Positions 30,881-41,251 of a stretch of DNA of 64,000 bases are shown here, one piece after another. The DNA is from Candidatus Woesearchaeota archaeon (GTDB lineage Archaea > Nanobdellota > Nanobdellia > Woesearchaeales > JABGUJ01). The stretch lies in assembly GCA_018646625.1 (NCBI GenBank), contig JABGUJ010000001.1, positions 193,534 to 257,533 on the forward strand, in the 5' to 3' direction. The translations under genes were made by a program, and so were the position numbers. The notes beneath the pieces are model-generated. The model saw only the letters and a program-made list of their open reading frames with translations, searched no databases and had not been told where the DNA came from. Each line of letters starts with the position of its first letter. Position 1 is the stretch's first letter.

Positions 30881-31710
30881 TTTTCAAATTCACCAATTGA
30901 AAGAATCATATCATGAATCTTGAATATATCTTCAGGATAATTTAATCCATATCCTGGACCAATACAATAATCTCCTTGAGAATTACTCATAAAACCAAAC
31001 TTCATTCTACAAGCAGCCAACAAAGCCATCGTCAAATCATCATCAGAATAACTAGAATTAATTTCAATATACTCTAAATCATTAGTACATAACTCTTTCT
31101 CGCTGCAATTAATCAAAACTGTAGAAGGAACATCCCCATAAATATCTAAAGCAGCTTCAACTACATTATATCCTCGATTATAAGCAATCAACAACAACCT
31201 AATCAAATCTTTACTATCAAACACTAAACCCTTCATATCAACTAAATCAACAATCCTAACAAATGCACTATTCAAAACTCTCATTCCATGCATTATTTGT
31301 AAATTTACAGTAGAACAATCTGAACAATGCTCATCACATCTCCAACAAGAATCAACCTGCATCAGCCCGCCTTTCCAAGTTTCTCGAGTATCATTATTGC
31401 GTTTAAAAATCTCACCGAACTCTTGACGAGTTTTACATCCGCTCTCTTGATAAATCAAAGCATAAAGCATTGGAAAAGAAAGACTCTCCTTTAATAAAGG
31501 ATATTTTTCAAATTCCTTAAGAAAAATAGGTCTAAATCTATCACAATCATAAATCGCTTCTTGAAACCACATACTAACTTCAGGTAAATCTTCAGAATCA
31601 TTAACCACAATATCCTCGACAGGATCATCTCCACAACCCACAACAAAAAGTAACAGAACGAACAATCCAATAATCAAACATCTCTTAAACATCATCTTAC
31701 CAAAACCCAT
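30877..31710 (-). CDS. Lipoprotein with SLT/lysozyme-like domain
   Basis: LLFVVGC lipobox-like; ALIYQES, GGLMQV, IAYNRG. Confidence 0.78.
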   Translation of the reverse strand: MGFGKMMFKRCLIIGLFVLLLFVVGCGDDPVEDIVVNDSEDLPEVSMWFQEAIYDCDRFRPIFLKEFEKYPLLKESLSFPMLYALIYQESGCKTRQEFGEIFKRNNDTRETWKGGLMQVDSCWRCDEHCSDCSTVNLQIMHGMRVLNSAFVRIVDLVDMKGLVFDSKDLIRLLLIAYNRGYNVVEAALDIYGDVPSTVLINCSEKELCTNDLEYIEINSSYSDDDLTMALLAACRMKFGFMSNSQGDYCIGPGYGLNYPEDIFKIHDMILSIGEFEK

Positions 31711-32275
31711 TTACAATTAAATATTTACTCAAAACTCCAATAGTTCGGTCTTCTTTCATTTTACCATCGATAATTAATTTTTTAATATCTTTAATAGAAA
31801 CCCATTCTGGATGAATAACTTCACCAACTTCTAAATTCTGAGAGTCTAATTCTTCAAACTCTTCTACAACAAAATAAAACAAATCCCATTTAACTGTCGC
31901 ACCAGCCACAGCAGTCTTAAAGTGAGTTAATGAATTAACAGAAATCCCAACTTCCTCTTTCCCCTCTGCAATCGCCGCCTTCTTAGCATAAGGCATTATA
32001 TCTTCATCTTTAGAAAGAAACTCTCTATACATTTCTAAAGTATTAAACACCTTACCGCCTGGCAACCTGTAATCATAATCATCCAACTCTGTTCTAAATT
32101 CTTTTACAAGAAGTAGTTTATCATCCTTAACAACTATCAACCTAGTGCCTGGAGATCTCCTTGCAATCTCAAACATTACTTCTTTATCTCCGGCTTTGAA
32201 CGGTTTTTTCACAACCTCAAAGATCTTACCTTCATAAACAACTTGCTCAGGTCCGTTCGGAACTAGTTTATCCAT
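31697..32275 (-). CDS. NUDIX hydrolase (ADP-ribose pyrophosphatase-like, insertion in Nudix box)
   Basis: VYEGKIFEV, LPGGKV...EGKEEVG. Confidence 0.82.
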   Translation of the reverse strand: MDKLVPNGPEQVVYEGKIFEVVKKPFKAGDKEVMFEIARRSPGTRLIVVKDDKLLLVKEFRTELDDYDYRLPGGKVFNTLEMYREFLSKDEDIMPYAKKAAIAEGKEEVGISVNSLTHFKTAVAGATVKWDLFYFVVEEFEELDSQNLEVGEVIHPEWVSIKDIKKLIIDGKMKEDRTIGVLSKYLIVNGFW

Positions 32276-32358
32276 AGAATAAATAATCTATAGTCACTAT
32301 TTAAAGACTATGCAAATTTTAAATATACTAACCCACAACACCGCAAGCGGTGATGTAA

Positions 32359-33267
32359 TTGAATAAAGGTAAAGTAGTATTAATTGGCGGATCAGGTGTA
32401 ACAGACAGCCCAGGGTTCAAAGACTTAGAATGGAAAGTTCAAGAAACAGACATACCCACAATACATCCAGTAACAAGACAAGTTGTTGGAACGGGAAGAG
32501 TATCATATCAAGAAAGAGAAGATGGAGTTATATTCATAAAACGTCATGGCAGAAGTGACAGTAAATTAGGTACTAAAGGATACGGACCCAGTGTAACTGA
32601 ATACGCAGCAAATTTAGTCGCAGCAAGAATTCTAGGAGCATCTGTAGTAATCGCATCCAGTGCCGTTGGCAGCCTACAAGAAGAAATTCCGGTTGGAAGT
32701 TTAGTTGTTCCGGATGACTATGTAGATGAATCGTTGAGAAATGATAATTTATTTGGCTTAGAAATTAGAACCCATACAAATAGAAGGCCCGCATTTTCTA
32801 AAAAAGTTAGAAGAATATTAATTAATGTTGGAGAAGATGGATTTGGAAAGTTCGATAAAGTAGTAAAAAGTGCAACATACGTGTGTATCCCTGGAGACAG
32901 TTTTGGAACTGCAGCAGAAGGAATAAAACGCGCACAATACGCAGATATTGTTGGCATGACTGCGTGTCCGGAAGCATCAATGGCGCAACAACTCGGATTA
33001 CATTATGCAATCGCGGCATTTCCTGTTGATCACGACGCTGATGCAAATCATGAAGGCGGAACATTAGCAGTTATGAAAGAATTATCAAAACACGACAGAG
33101 TTCCAGAATACATTAATGAAGTATTAGAAGCAGCTAAAAGAATTGCAGTTCGCGCACCAAGATTAGATCAATTGGTGGGGAATGTAATTCCTGGAGACGC
33201 ATCAGCGATAGAAAATATATATTTAAGAGCAATCGCAGAAGACATCATGCAAAAATATTGTTCTTAA
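32359..33267 (+). CDS. mtnP: MTAP-family purine nucleoside phosphorylase, divergent (TTG start)
   Basis: IGGSG, RHG, YAAN, SAVGSL, PDDYVD, ADIVGMTACPEA. Confidence 0.85.
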   Translation: MNKGKVVLIGGSGVTDSPGFKDLEWKVQETDIPTIHPVTRQVVGTGRVSYQEREDGVIFIKRHGRSDSKLGTKGYGPSVTEYAANLVAARILGASVVIASSAVGSLQEEIPVGSLVVPDDYVDESLRNDNLFGLEIRTHTNRRPAFSKKVRRILINVGEDGFGKFDKVVKSATYVCIPGDSFGTAAEGIKRAQYADIVGMTACPEASMAQQLGLHYAIAAFPVDHDADANHEGGTLAVMKELSKHDRVPEYINEVLEAAKRIAVRAPRLDQLVGNVIPGDASAIENIYLRAIAEDIMQKYCS

Positions 33268-33280
33268 TTTTTTATTTTTC

Positions 33281-34057
33281 TTATTTACAACAAACCTGAG
33301 AGTTCAAAATCTCCACAACAAATCCAATCTTCTCCTTACCAGGCAAACATTCTCTCGCCTCTAACTTACCTTCAGCAGCTAAACAATCTTCTTCAGTCAT
33401 TCTAGGAATTCCATCATCAATATAATTTATCTCACTCGCAGCCCAACTGAGAATGTCAACTCGCGCAACATACAATTTATCATCAGCCGAAAAATAACGC
33501 ACATCCGCACCCCAGCAACCTTCACACTTTTTTTGCATCAAAAGTAATCTTACAGGATTTCTACCATTTAATGATTTATACTTATCAGAACTCACAACAG
33601 CATCAACCGCCAACTTGCTAGCTCTATCTTCGTTCTCCGCTCTAACTTCATCAAACTCATCTTGTTCCACAATTGGAGAACAAACATTCTCAGATCTACA
33701 TTCTAACTTTTGTGATAGAAAAATACATTCTTCTGTTTCCAACTCACTACAATCAACCTTAAAACCATCTGCTCTATAATATTCAAACTTTTCTTCTTCT
33801 AGAACAATAAAATAATCAGCACATTCTCTAACTTCGTTATTACCATTACAATAATCTTGAGAGTTCACAAAAGAAATTTCTTCAGTAAAAGTATCATCAC
33901 CATGCCTACACTGCCTAGGATAACTCTCCATTACAGGATTGCCTGCCTCAACACATTCTTCAAAATTAGTTACAGAAATATCTTCAACAGGAACACAACC
34001 AACTAAAAACAAGGACAAAACAATCATCACACAAAGCAGCTTATTCATAACATACAC
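33281..34057 (-). CDS. Cys-rich lipoprotein
   Basis: FLVGC lipobox-like; NFEECVEAGNPVMESYPRQC motif. Confidence 0.75.
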   Translation of the reverse strand: MYVMNKLLCVMIVLSLFLVGCVPVEDISVTNFEECVEAGNPVMESYPRQCRHGDDTFTEEISFVNSQDYCNGNNEVRECADYFIVLEEEKFEYYRADGFKVDCSELETEECIFLSQKLECRSENVCSPIVEQDEFDEVRAENEDRASKLAVDAVVSSDKYKSLNGRNPVRLLLMQKKCEGCWGADVRYFSADDKLYVARVDILSWAASEINYIDDGIPRMTEEDCLAAEGKLEARECLPGKEKIGFVVEILNSQVCCK

Positions 34058-34123
34058 CTCTTATAACACATAAAAACACAAAACCCATATTTAAATCCCC
34101 ACTAAAGAAATATAAATAACCCC

Positions 34124-35203
34124 TTGACAAAGCAAATTTCAATGGAGGAACGAAACGGCGTTAGGGCATTATTTCATAGTGATTCACCTATTCCAACATA
34201 CGGAATTGGGCCTGCTCTGATAAACGGAGAATACGCTCAAGGAGAAATCCCAATTGTAGTTGCAACTAACGAAACTGCAATGATCCCATCCATAGCAAGA
34301 GGATTAAAAGTTACAAAACTTGCAGGTGGAATCGAAACTCACGTTCTAAAAGATGAAATGACTCGCGCCCCTCTTGTGGTTGCAAGAACTTCAGCAGATG
34401 CTGAAGAAATTAAAGCATACTTAGACACACATTACGATAGAGTAGCCGCAGCAGTAAATGCAACAACAAGATATGGACATACAGAAAGCATAGAGACTAT
34501 AACCGATAACGAAGAAAGAAGAGGATTATATATACGCCTAGGAATGTTTTGCGGTGACGCGGCAGGACACAACATGACAACAATTGGTGGCAATGCGCTG
34601 ATCAATCATTTACTAGAAAGATTTGGAGAGAAGATTGAGTTAACAGACTCTAGCAGCAACCGTTGTACCGACAAAAAACCCGCCTTAGTAAACAAACAAA
34701 ATGGAAGAGGTAAGTGGGTAAAAGCGGAAACAGTCATCCCGCAAGAAATTGTCGAAAGAAATCTACGAACGTCTGCAGAAGAAGTTGAAAAACACTATCT
34801 ATGGAAAATAATAAGAGGATCAGAACTCGCGGGCTCATTAGGCAGAAATGCACATCACGCTAACCTAGTAAATGCAGTCTATAACGCCACTGGACAAGAC
34901 ACCGCAAACACTGTAGACTCATCTTACGGCGATACAATTATTGAAGCAAGAGGCGGAGACCTATACTTTGCTGTTGACATGCCGGTAATAATAGTTGGCA
35001 CAGTGGGCGGTGGAACAAAACAACATTACGCCCAAAGACATCTTGAAATGATGGGTTGCTTTGGCCCAGGAGAACCTTCAGGCTCGCACGCAAGAAAATT
35101 AGCAGAGATTGTAGCTGCAACGACACTGGCGGGAGAATTATCGCTAATTGCTTCATTGACAAAAGGAGACCATATGAAAGCTCACACCCAATTCGAACGT
35201 TAA
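34124..35203 (+). CDS. hmgA: HMG-CoA reductase, short class I type (TTG start)
   Basis: ATNE..SIARG, GDAAGHNM, CTDKK, TGQD, GTVGGGT, AGELSL, C-terminal His. Confidence 0.93.
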   Translation: MTKQISMEERNGVRALFHSDSPIPTYGIGPALINGEYAQGEIPIVVATNETAMIPSIARGLKVTKLAGGIETHVLKDEMTRAPLVVARTSADAEEIKAYLDTHYDRVAAAVNATTRYGHTESIETITDNEERRGLYIRLGMFCGDAAGHNMTTIGGNALINHLLERFGEKIELTDSSSNRCTDKKPALVNKQNGRGKWVKAETVIPQEIVERNLRTSAEEVEKHYLWKIIRGSELAGSLGRNAHHANLVNAVYNATGQDTANTVDSSYGDTIIEARGGDLYFAVDMPVIIVGTVGGGTKQHYAQRHLEMMGCFGPGEPSGSHARKLAEIVAATTLAGELSLIASLTKGDHMKAHTQFER

Positions 35204-35234
35204 AATTTATAAAAACATCAGATAATCTAGTTCT

Positions 35235-36209
35235 ATGAACGCATCAGCACCAGGAAAAATTATTCTATTTGGCGAACACGCAGTAGTATATGATAAATTA
35301 GGAATTTCTTGCGCAGTCAACCTAAGAACACAAGTAAAAGTAAAAGAATCAGATAAAGGATTCATAACTTGCGACAAATTTCCAGAAATTGAATACAATC
35401 AAGAAATTCTAAAAGAAATAGAAGAGAAATACAATCCAATAATTCAAAATAAAGAATTCTCAAAACTAATACAAGCACCCCCTCACCATTCTGGACTGTA
35501 CTTACTATCAAAAATTTTCAAAGAAACCGGCTACAAAGATCTACACATAGACATAACATCAAACGTACTCAAAAACATGGGGTCAAGCAGCGCGTTATTC
35601 TCAGCCTTAACGGCAGCATTAACCACCAAATCAAAAGACGAAATCGCAACACTAGCTAATCAAGGAGACATTCTTGCTCATGGTGGGACGCCGTCAGGTA
35701 TTGATGCAGCCACATGCACGCACGGCGGATTCTTAACATTCAAAAAGAGCAAAGGAATAACAAAACTAAACCTAAAGTCACACTTACCCTTAATTATAAT
35801 TGATACAGAAACTCCTTCACAAACATCTACCACAGTAAACAGAGTTAAAACACTAAGAGACAAAAACAAAATTAAGATAGACTTAATATTAGAAGAAATA
35901 AATCAAATAAGCACCGAAGCCATCGACACCATTAAAGAAGAAAACTATGCGCATGTTGGACAACTAATGAACGAGAACCAAGAACTTCTTCGACAACTCC
36001 AAGTTTCTTCAGAAAAGATCGACACCATCATAAATACACTATCAAAAAATCCTAACATATTTGGAGCTAAATTAACAGGTGGGGGCGGTGGTGGTTGCAT
36101 CATCGCTCTAACAAAAAACCAAGAAGAAGTAATTCAAAATCTCAAGAACAAAGGCATAAAAAGCTATAAAGTTAACATAGATACTGAAGGAGTAAAAAGA
36201 AATGACTGA
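35235..36209 (+). CDS. mvk: Mevalonate kinase
   Basis: APGKIILFGEHAVVY, MGSSSA, HGGTPSGID, GAKLTGGGGGGC. Confidence 0.94.
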   Translation: MNASAPGKIILFGEHAVVYDKLGISCAVNLRTQVKVKESDKGFITCDKFPEIEYNQEILKEIEEKYNPIIQNKEFSKLIQAPPHHSGLYLLSKIFKETGYKDLHIDITSNVLKNMGSSSALFSALTAALTTKSKDEIATLANQGDILAHGGTPSGIDAATCTHGGFLTFKKSKGITKLNLKSHLPLIIIDTETPSQTSTTVNRVKTLRDKNKIKIDLILEEINQISTEAIDTIKEENYAHVGQLMNENQELLRQLQVSSEKIDTIINTLSKNPNIFGAKLTGGGGGGCIIALTKNQEEVIQNLKNKGIKSYKVNIDTEGVKRND

Positions 36210-36732
36210 AGTAATTCTAGTAAATGAAAAAGATCAAGCAACTGGTACCAAAGAAAAGTTAAAAGCCCATCAAGAAGGCCTTCTCCACAGAGCATTTTCA
36301 ATCTTCACATTCAACAATAAAGGCGAACTTCTAATCCAACAAAGAGCAAGCCACAAATATCACTCAAGAAATAAATGGGCAAACACTTGTTGCAGTCACC
36401 CTGTTACGAATTCTGACTTTAACACAGAAGCCAGAAAAAGATTACAAGAAGAAATGGGTTTTGAATGTGAACTAAAAGAAATATTCTCATTCATTTACAA
36501 AGCTAAACTAGAAGAACTCACCGAACATGAATTAGATCATGTGTTCATAGGAGAATACAACAACGACCCAAATCCAAATCCTGAAGAAGTTCAAGATTTC
36601 AAATGGATCACATTAGAAAATCTAAAAGAAGACATGGAAAAAGAACCTGATAAATACGCATACTGGTTTAAGCACATAATTCTCAGTCCAAAACACTTCA
36701 ATAGACTAAAACAAGAACAAGAAGCCCTATAA
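36202..36732 (+). CDS. idi: Isopentenyl-diphosphate isomerase, type 1
   Basis: LHRAFSIF, QQRA..KY, WANTCCSHP, EHELDHVF, PNPEEV. Confidence 0.96.
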   Translation: MTEVILVNEKDQATGTKEKLKAHQEGLLHRAFSIFTFNNKGELLIQQRASHKYHSRNKWANTCCSHPVTNSDFNTEARKRLQEEMGFECELKEIFSFIYKAKLEELTEHELDHVFIGEYNNDPNPNPEEVQDFKWITLENLKEDMEKEPDKYAYWFKHIILSPKHFNRLKQEQEAL

Positions 36733-36785
36733 CGTAACAATTCTGCGCAAATAGCTTTATAAATGATTTAAAATTCTACTAATCT

Positions 36786-37934
36786 ATGATAGATCACTTT
36801 ATTGTACACTATGACGAAATCGGACTTAAAGGTGCTAATAGATCTTACTTCGAGCAAATGCTCATGAACAACATAAAAGCCAAACTAGGTTCAAAAGTAA
36901 AAAGAATAAAACGTGAATCAGGACAAATAACTGTCGTAGCAAATAATTCAGAAGATTCTAAAGAAATAAAACAAGGATTAACAGAAGTATCAGGCATCGC
37001 TTACTTTTCTCCAGCAATCATTTGCAAATTAGATATGGATGATATCAAGAAACAATCTATAGAGTTCATAAAAAACGAAGAGTTCACAACATTCAAGATT
37101 GATGCAAAACGTCATGACAAACATAACGATTTAGATTCTAGACAAATAAACAACGAACTTGGAGACCATGTAAGAACCACTTTAGACAAAACTGCCAAGA
37201 TGAAAGATCCAGATTTGGCATTAAAAGTTGAAATTACTAGGAGCAACGCATACTTATCATATGAAAACATCCAAGGTGTTGGTGGAATCCCCATTCGAAG
37301 AAAACAAAAGGTTGTTACTCTCCTTTCAGGAGGATTCGACAGTCCGGTCGCAGCACAATTAATGATGAAAAGAGGATGCGAAGTCATTTTCGTGCATTTT
37401 CAAAATGATAACTTAGTAAAAAAATCAGTAGAAAACAAGATTCTAAAGTTAACAGAGCAATTATCAAAATACCAACTTCAAACTAAACTATACATAGTCC
37501 CTTTCGAAGAACTTCAAAAAGAAATCATCATGAAAGTTCCTCCAAAAATAAGAATGTTGATCTACAGACGATTCATGATTAAGATATCTGAAGATATCGC
37601 AAAACAAAACAGAGCATTTTTCCTAGTAACAGGAGATAGCTTATCTCAAGTCGCATCTCAAACCATTGAAAATCTCAGAGCAACATATGCAAAGTCAGAT
37701 ATGCAGATTCTCTCCCCATTAATTGGAATGGATAAAAAAGAAATCATAGCAATCTCAAGAAAAATAGGCACACATGATATTTCAAAACTAGCCTATTGCG
37801 ATGTATGTAGCTACTTCCTTCCTAAAGGTCCCGAGCTAAAAGCATCAACCAAACTGCTAGATGATTTACAAGCCACGGTAGACCCGGAGATAGTCGCAAG
37901 AACAACAGAGAGTGCAATAATAAAAGAATTTTAA
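36786..37934 (+). CDS. thiI: tRNA 4-thiouridine(8) synthase
   Basis: YDEIGLKG.NR, THUMP domain, LLSGGFDSPVA, TGDSLSQVASQT. Confidence 0.95.
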   Translation: MIDHFIVHYDEIGLKGANRSYFEQMLMNNIKAKLGSKVKRIKRESGQITVVANNSEDSKEIKQGLTEVSGIAYFSPAIICKLDMDDIKKQSIEFIKNEEFTTFKIDAKRHDKHNDLDSRQINNELGDHVRTTLDKTAKMKDPDLALKVEITRSNAYLSYENIQGVGGIPIRRKQKVVTLLSGGFDSPVAAQLMMKRGCEVIFVHFQNDNLVKKSVENKILKLTEQLSKYQLQTKLYIVPFEELQKEIIMKVPPKIRMLIYRRFMIKISEDIAKQNRAFFLVTGDSLSQVASQTIENLRATYAKSDMQILSPLIGMDKKEIIAISRKIGTHDISKLAYCDVCSYFLPKGPELKASTKLLDDLQATVDPEIVARTTESAIIKEF

Positions 37935-37935
37935 A

Positions 37936-38916
37936 ATGAAATCTTCCGCAATCGCCAACTCAAACATTGCTTTGGTTAAATATTGGGGAAAACAAGACAA
38001 AGAACTAATTCTTCCTTACAACAACAGTATTAGTCTCACAATCAGTGATTTGCACACACATACAACTGTCGAGTTCAACGAAGAACTAAAGGAAGATCAA
38101 ATAACACTTAACGATTCACAAATTGATGAAACATCTAGAAAACAAATAATCAAATTCTTAGATATAATAAGGAAAGACTCAGATCTAAAGGCCAAAATCG
38201 TAAGCAAAAACAACTTTCCAACAGCATCAGGATTAGCGTCTTCCGCATCAGGCTACGCCGCATTAACCTTAGCAGCCACTAAAGCACTCAATCTAAACCT
38301 AACTAAAGAAGAACTCAGCAAACTTGCGAGAAGAGGTTCAGGATCGGCGTGCAGATCAATATATGGAGGGTTGTCTGAATGGCAAAAAGGAACAAACAAC
38401 GATGACAGCTTTGCCAAACAAATAGAGAAAAAAGACTACTGGCCAGATTTGAGAATGCTCATCTGCACCACAACTACAGAAGAAAAGAAAACCAAGTCCA
38501 GAGCTGGAATGGCGCAAACTGTCGCTACATCTCCAATGTACAAATCATGGTTAGACACAATCGAAAATGATCTAACTAATGTTCGAACCGCAATAAAGAA
38601 CAAAGACTTCACCCTTCTAGGAAAAACCGCAGAAAGTAACTGTCTTAAAATGCACGCAACCATGATTACTACCGAGCCCCCGATCATATATTGGAATCCA
38701 ACCACAATAAAGATAATGAAACAAGTAGAACTATTGAGAGAACAAGGAATTGAATGCTATTACACTATGGATGCGGGACCTCAAGTTAAAATATTGTGTT
38801 TAAAAAATAATCAAGAGACAATATTAGAAAAAATAAAACAAATAGATGGAGTAATAAACACAATAACAACCAAACCAGGAGAACCTGCAAAAACAACAGA
38901 ACAACACCTTTTCTAA
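37936..38916 (+). CDS. mvaD: Diphosphomevalonate decarboxylase
   Basis: NIALVKYWGK, NFPTASGLASSAS, RRGSGSACRS, YTMDAGP. Confidence 0.95.
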   Translation: MKSSAIANSNIALVKYWGKQDKELILPYNNSISLTISDLHTHTTVEFNEELKEDQITLNDSQIDETSRKQIIKFLDIIRKDSDLKAKIVSKNNFPTASGLASSASGYAALTLAATKALNLNLTKEELSKLARRGSGSACRSIYGGLSEWQKGTNNDDSFAKQIEKKDYWPDLRMLICTTTTEEKKTKSRAGMAQTVATSPMYKSWLDTIENDLTNVRTAIKNKDFTLLGKTAESNCLKMHATMITTEPPIIYWNPTTIKIMKQVELLREQGIECYYTMDAGPQVKILCLKNNQETILEKIKQIDGVINTITTKPGEPAKTTEQHLF

Positions 38917-38917
38917 A

Positions 38918-39937
38918 ATGATAAAATGCTCGGCGCCAGGAAAAATAATGATCTCAGGAGAGTGGTCAGTACTAGAAGGACACTCCTGCATCGTCGCCGC
39001 AGTCAACAAAAGATCTGAGTGCACCATCGAAGAATCAGACAAACTTCTACTAACAATTCCTGAATTCAACATAGAAAAACAAGAAATAAACTTAGACCAA
39101 TCAAAATCAGCAACAAGATTCATAGTAGCATCACTAAACACGTGCAAAGAATATTTAAATGAACTAAAACCAATGCACATAACAACAGAAAGCAATTCAA
39201 CAAAAATAAACAATAAAAAAATTGGCCTGGGTTCTTCAGCAGCAATAACAGTAGCAACCATTGCAGCAATTCTAAAATACCATGATGAAGAAATAAACAA
39301 AGATTTAATCTTCAAACTCGCATCCATCTCACACTACAAAGCTCAAGGAAAACTGGGTTCTTGTTTTGACATTGCCGCCTCAACTTATGGGAATGTAATA
39401 TCATACACCCCATTCAACAGCGAATGGTTACTAGAACAAGTCAACTCAAAGACAATAAAAGAAATAGTACAACTAGGCTGGCCAAACCTAAACATCACAC
39501 CATTAAACAACATAGATTTAGATCTAAAAATTGGCTGGACAGGAGACTCAGCATCAACTAGTGAAATGATCAAACAAATGAATGAATGGCCAGACAAAGA
39601 AGAACACAAAAGAATCATTCAAAACATATCAGATATTACTCAAGACTTAATCAAAGAGTGGCAAGCAAACAATACAGACAAAATACTAACATTAATCAAA
39701 GCAAATGAAGAACTATTGAGAGAACTAACTAAACAATCAAAAGTTAACATAGAGACACCAGAACTAAAACTTCTCTCAGACCTTGCCAATAAACATGGAG
39801 CAGGCAAACTCTCAGGTGCCGGTGGTGGAGATTGCGGTATCGCACTAACAAAAGAAAACCAAGATTTAGAAAAAGACTGGATTTCTAAAGGCATAACCCC
39901 TCTAACCGCAAAAATAGACCCTAATGGCGTACTATAA
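38918..39937 (+). CDS. mvaK2: Phosphomevalonate kinase (ERG8/MvaK2 type)
   Basis: APGKIMISGEW, KIGLGSSAA, HYKAQGKLGSCFDIAAS, GWTG..AST, SGAGGGDCG. Confidence 0.92.
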   Translation: MIKCSAPGKIMISGEWSVLEGHSCIVAAVNKRSECTIEESDKLLLTIPEFNIEKQEINLDQSKSATRFIVASLNTCKEYLNELKPMHITTESNSTKINNKKIGLGSSAAITVATIAAILKYHDEEINKDLIFKLASISHYKAQGKLGSCFDIAASTYGNVISYTPFNSEWLLEQVNSKTIKEIVQLGWPNLNITPLNNIDLDLKIGWTGDSASTSEMIKQMNEWPDKEEHKRIIQNISDITQDLIKEWQANNTDKILTLIKANEELLRELTKQSKVNIETPELKLLSDLANKHGAGKLSGAGGGDCGIALTKENQDLEKDWISKGITPLTAKIDPNGVL

Positions 39938-39983
39938 TTGAGAGAAAGATTTATAGATAATAACCTAAAATTCTAGCATAAAA

Positions 39984-41204
39984 ATGAACCAAAGAGGCAT
40001 AAGCGGCATTGGAATTGCAGTACCAAGAAACATTCTGCGACTCGAAGATCTAGCCAGAGCCAGAGGAATCCCTCCCGGAAAATTCATAAACGGACTAGGA
40101 CAAGAAAGCTTTGCAGTCCCATGTACTAATCAAGATTCTGTAACATTAGCGGCAGACGCACTAGATGACCTAATAAGAAGAACAGGTATAGACCCTGGAG
40201 ACATAGGGAGACTAGTTGTAGGCACAGAAACAGAAGTAGATCACGCCAAAAGCATTAGCAGCTACTTAATGGACTTATTCCCCTTACCCAGAACTTGCGA
40301 AACTTTCGAAGTTAAACAAGCCTGCATTGGAGGCACATACGCATTAAATGATGCAATGGACTGGAGCTCACTAAGAGGAAAAATCGCAGTTGTCATAAAC
40401 TCCGACATATCAAGATACGAAATTGGTGGGGCTGGAGAACCAACTCAAGGCGCGGGAGCAGTCGCCCTTTTAGTAACACCACAACCTTCACTATTAACAT
40501 TCGATCTACCAACAGGAACATCCAGTGGAAACGAGAACACATTCTACAGACCACTAGGCTCAGAACATGCAATAGTTGATGGTAAAGAAAGTGTTAAACA
40601 TTACCTTGCCGGATTAGTAAGATGTTATGATGATTTCTTAAAAAACGACGGCAATCCAGAACACGACTTATTTGTATCACACTTACCATATACAGCAATA
40701 GCAAAGAAAGCATTTGCAGTATTCACTTTAGTTCAGAAAATAAGAGAAGCATCTCCTGATGCAACAGAAGATGGATTTGCAGAACTAGTAGAAAGAATAT
40801 TCGCAGGAGAACTAAAAGAAATAATAGAAGAAGCAAAAGCAACACCTGACTTTGAAGACAGATTCCAAACACAAACTGCACCATCGTTACCGTTCAGCAG
40901 AAGAGTTGGGAACATATACACAGGTTCAATGTATCTCGGGTTATCAAGCGTACTAACAGAATTAGGCGAACAAGCCAATGGACAATCCATATTATTCTAT
41001 TCATTTGGCTCAGGATCATCAGCAAAAATGATGAGAGCAACGGTACAAGACAACAGAGTCGACGTTAGATTACCGACACCAATACCATTAACAGTTCAAG
41101 ACTATGAACATGTGAGAAGAGGCGGAATAATCTTAGAAGATCGAGGAGTTGTAATCAAAAGCATTGATGGTCTAACAGGCATAAGACAGTACAAAAGAAC
41201 CTAA
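39984..41204 (+). CDS. mvaS: HMG-CoA synthase, bacterial type
   Basis: VGTE, EVKQACIGG, GEPTQGAGAVA, HLPY, VGNIYTGS, SFGSG. Confidence 0.94.
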   Translation: MNQRGISGIGIAVPRNILRLEDLARARGIPPGKFINGLGQESFAVPCTNQDSVTLAADALDDLIRRTGIDPGDIGRLVVGTETEVDHAKSISSYLMDLFPLPRTCETFEVKQACIGGTYALNDAMDWSSLRGKIAVVINSDISRYEIGGAGEPTQGAGAVALLVTPQPSLLTFDLPTGTSSGNENTFYRPLGSEHAIVDGKESVKHYLAGLVRCYDDFLKNDGNPEHDLFVSHLPYTAIAKKAFAVFTLVQKIREASPDATEDGFAELVERIFAGELKEIIEEAKATPDFEDRFQTQTAPSLPFSRRVGNIYTGSMYLGLSSVLTELGEQANGQSILFYSFGSGSSAKMMRATVQDNRVDVRLPTPIPLTVQDYEHVRRGGIILEDRGVVIKSIDGLTGIRQYKRT

Positions 41205-41220
41205 TCTCTAGAACGCGATT

Positions 41221-41250
41221 AAAAAAAAGATAAAAAAAGAAAAAGAAACT
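41221..41250 (-). terminator. Putative oligo-T terminator of the basic-protein gene
   Basis: T-tracts on the - strand immediately after the stop at 41252. Confidence 0.45.
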
Positions 41251-41251
41251 C

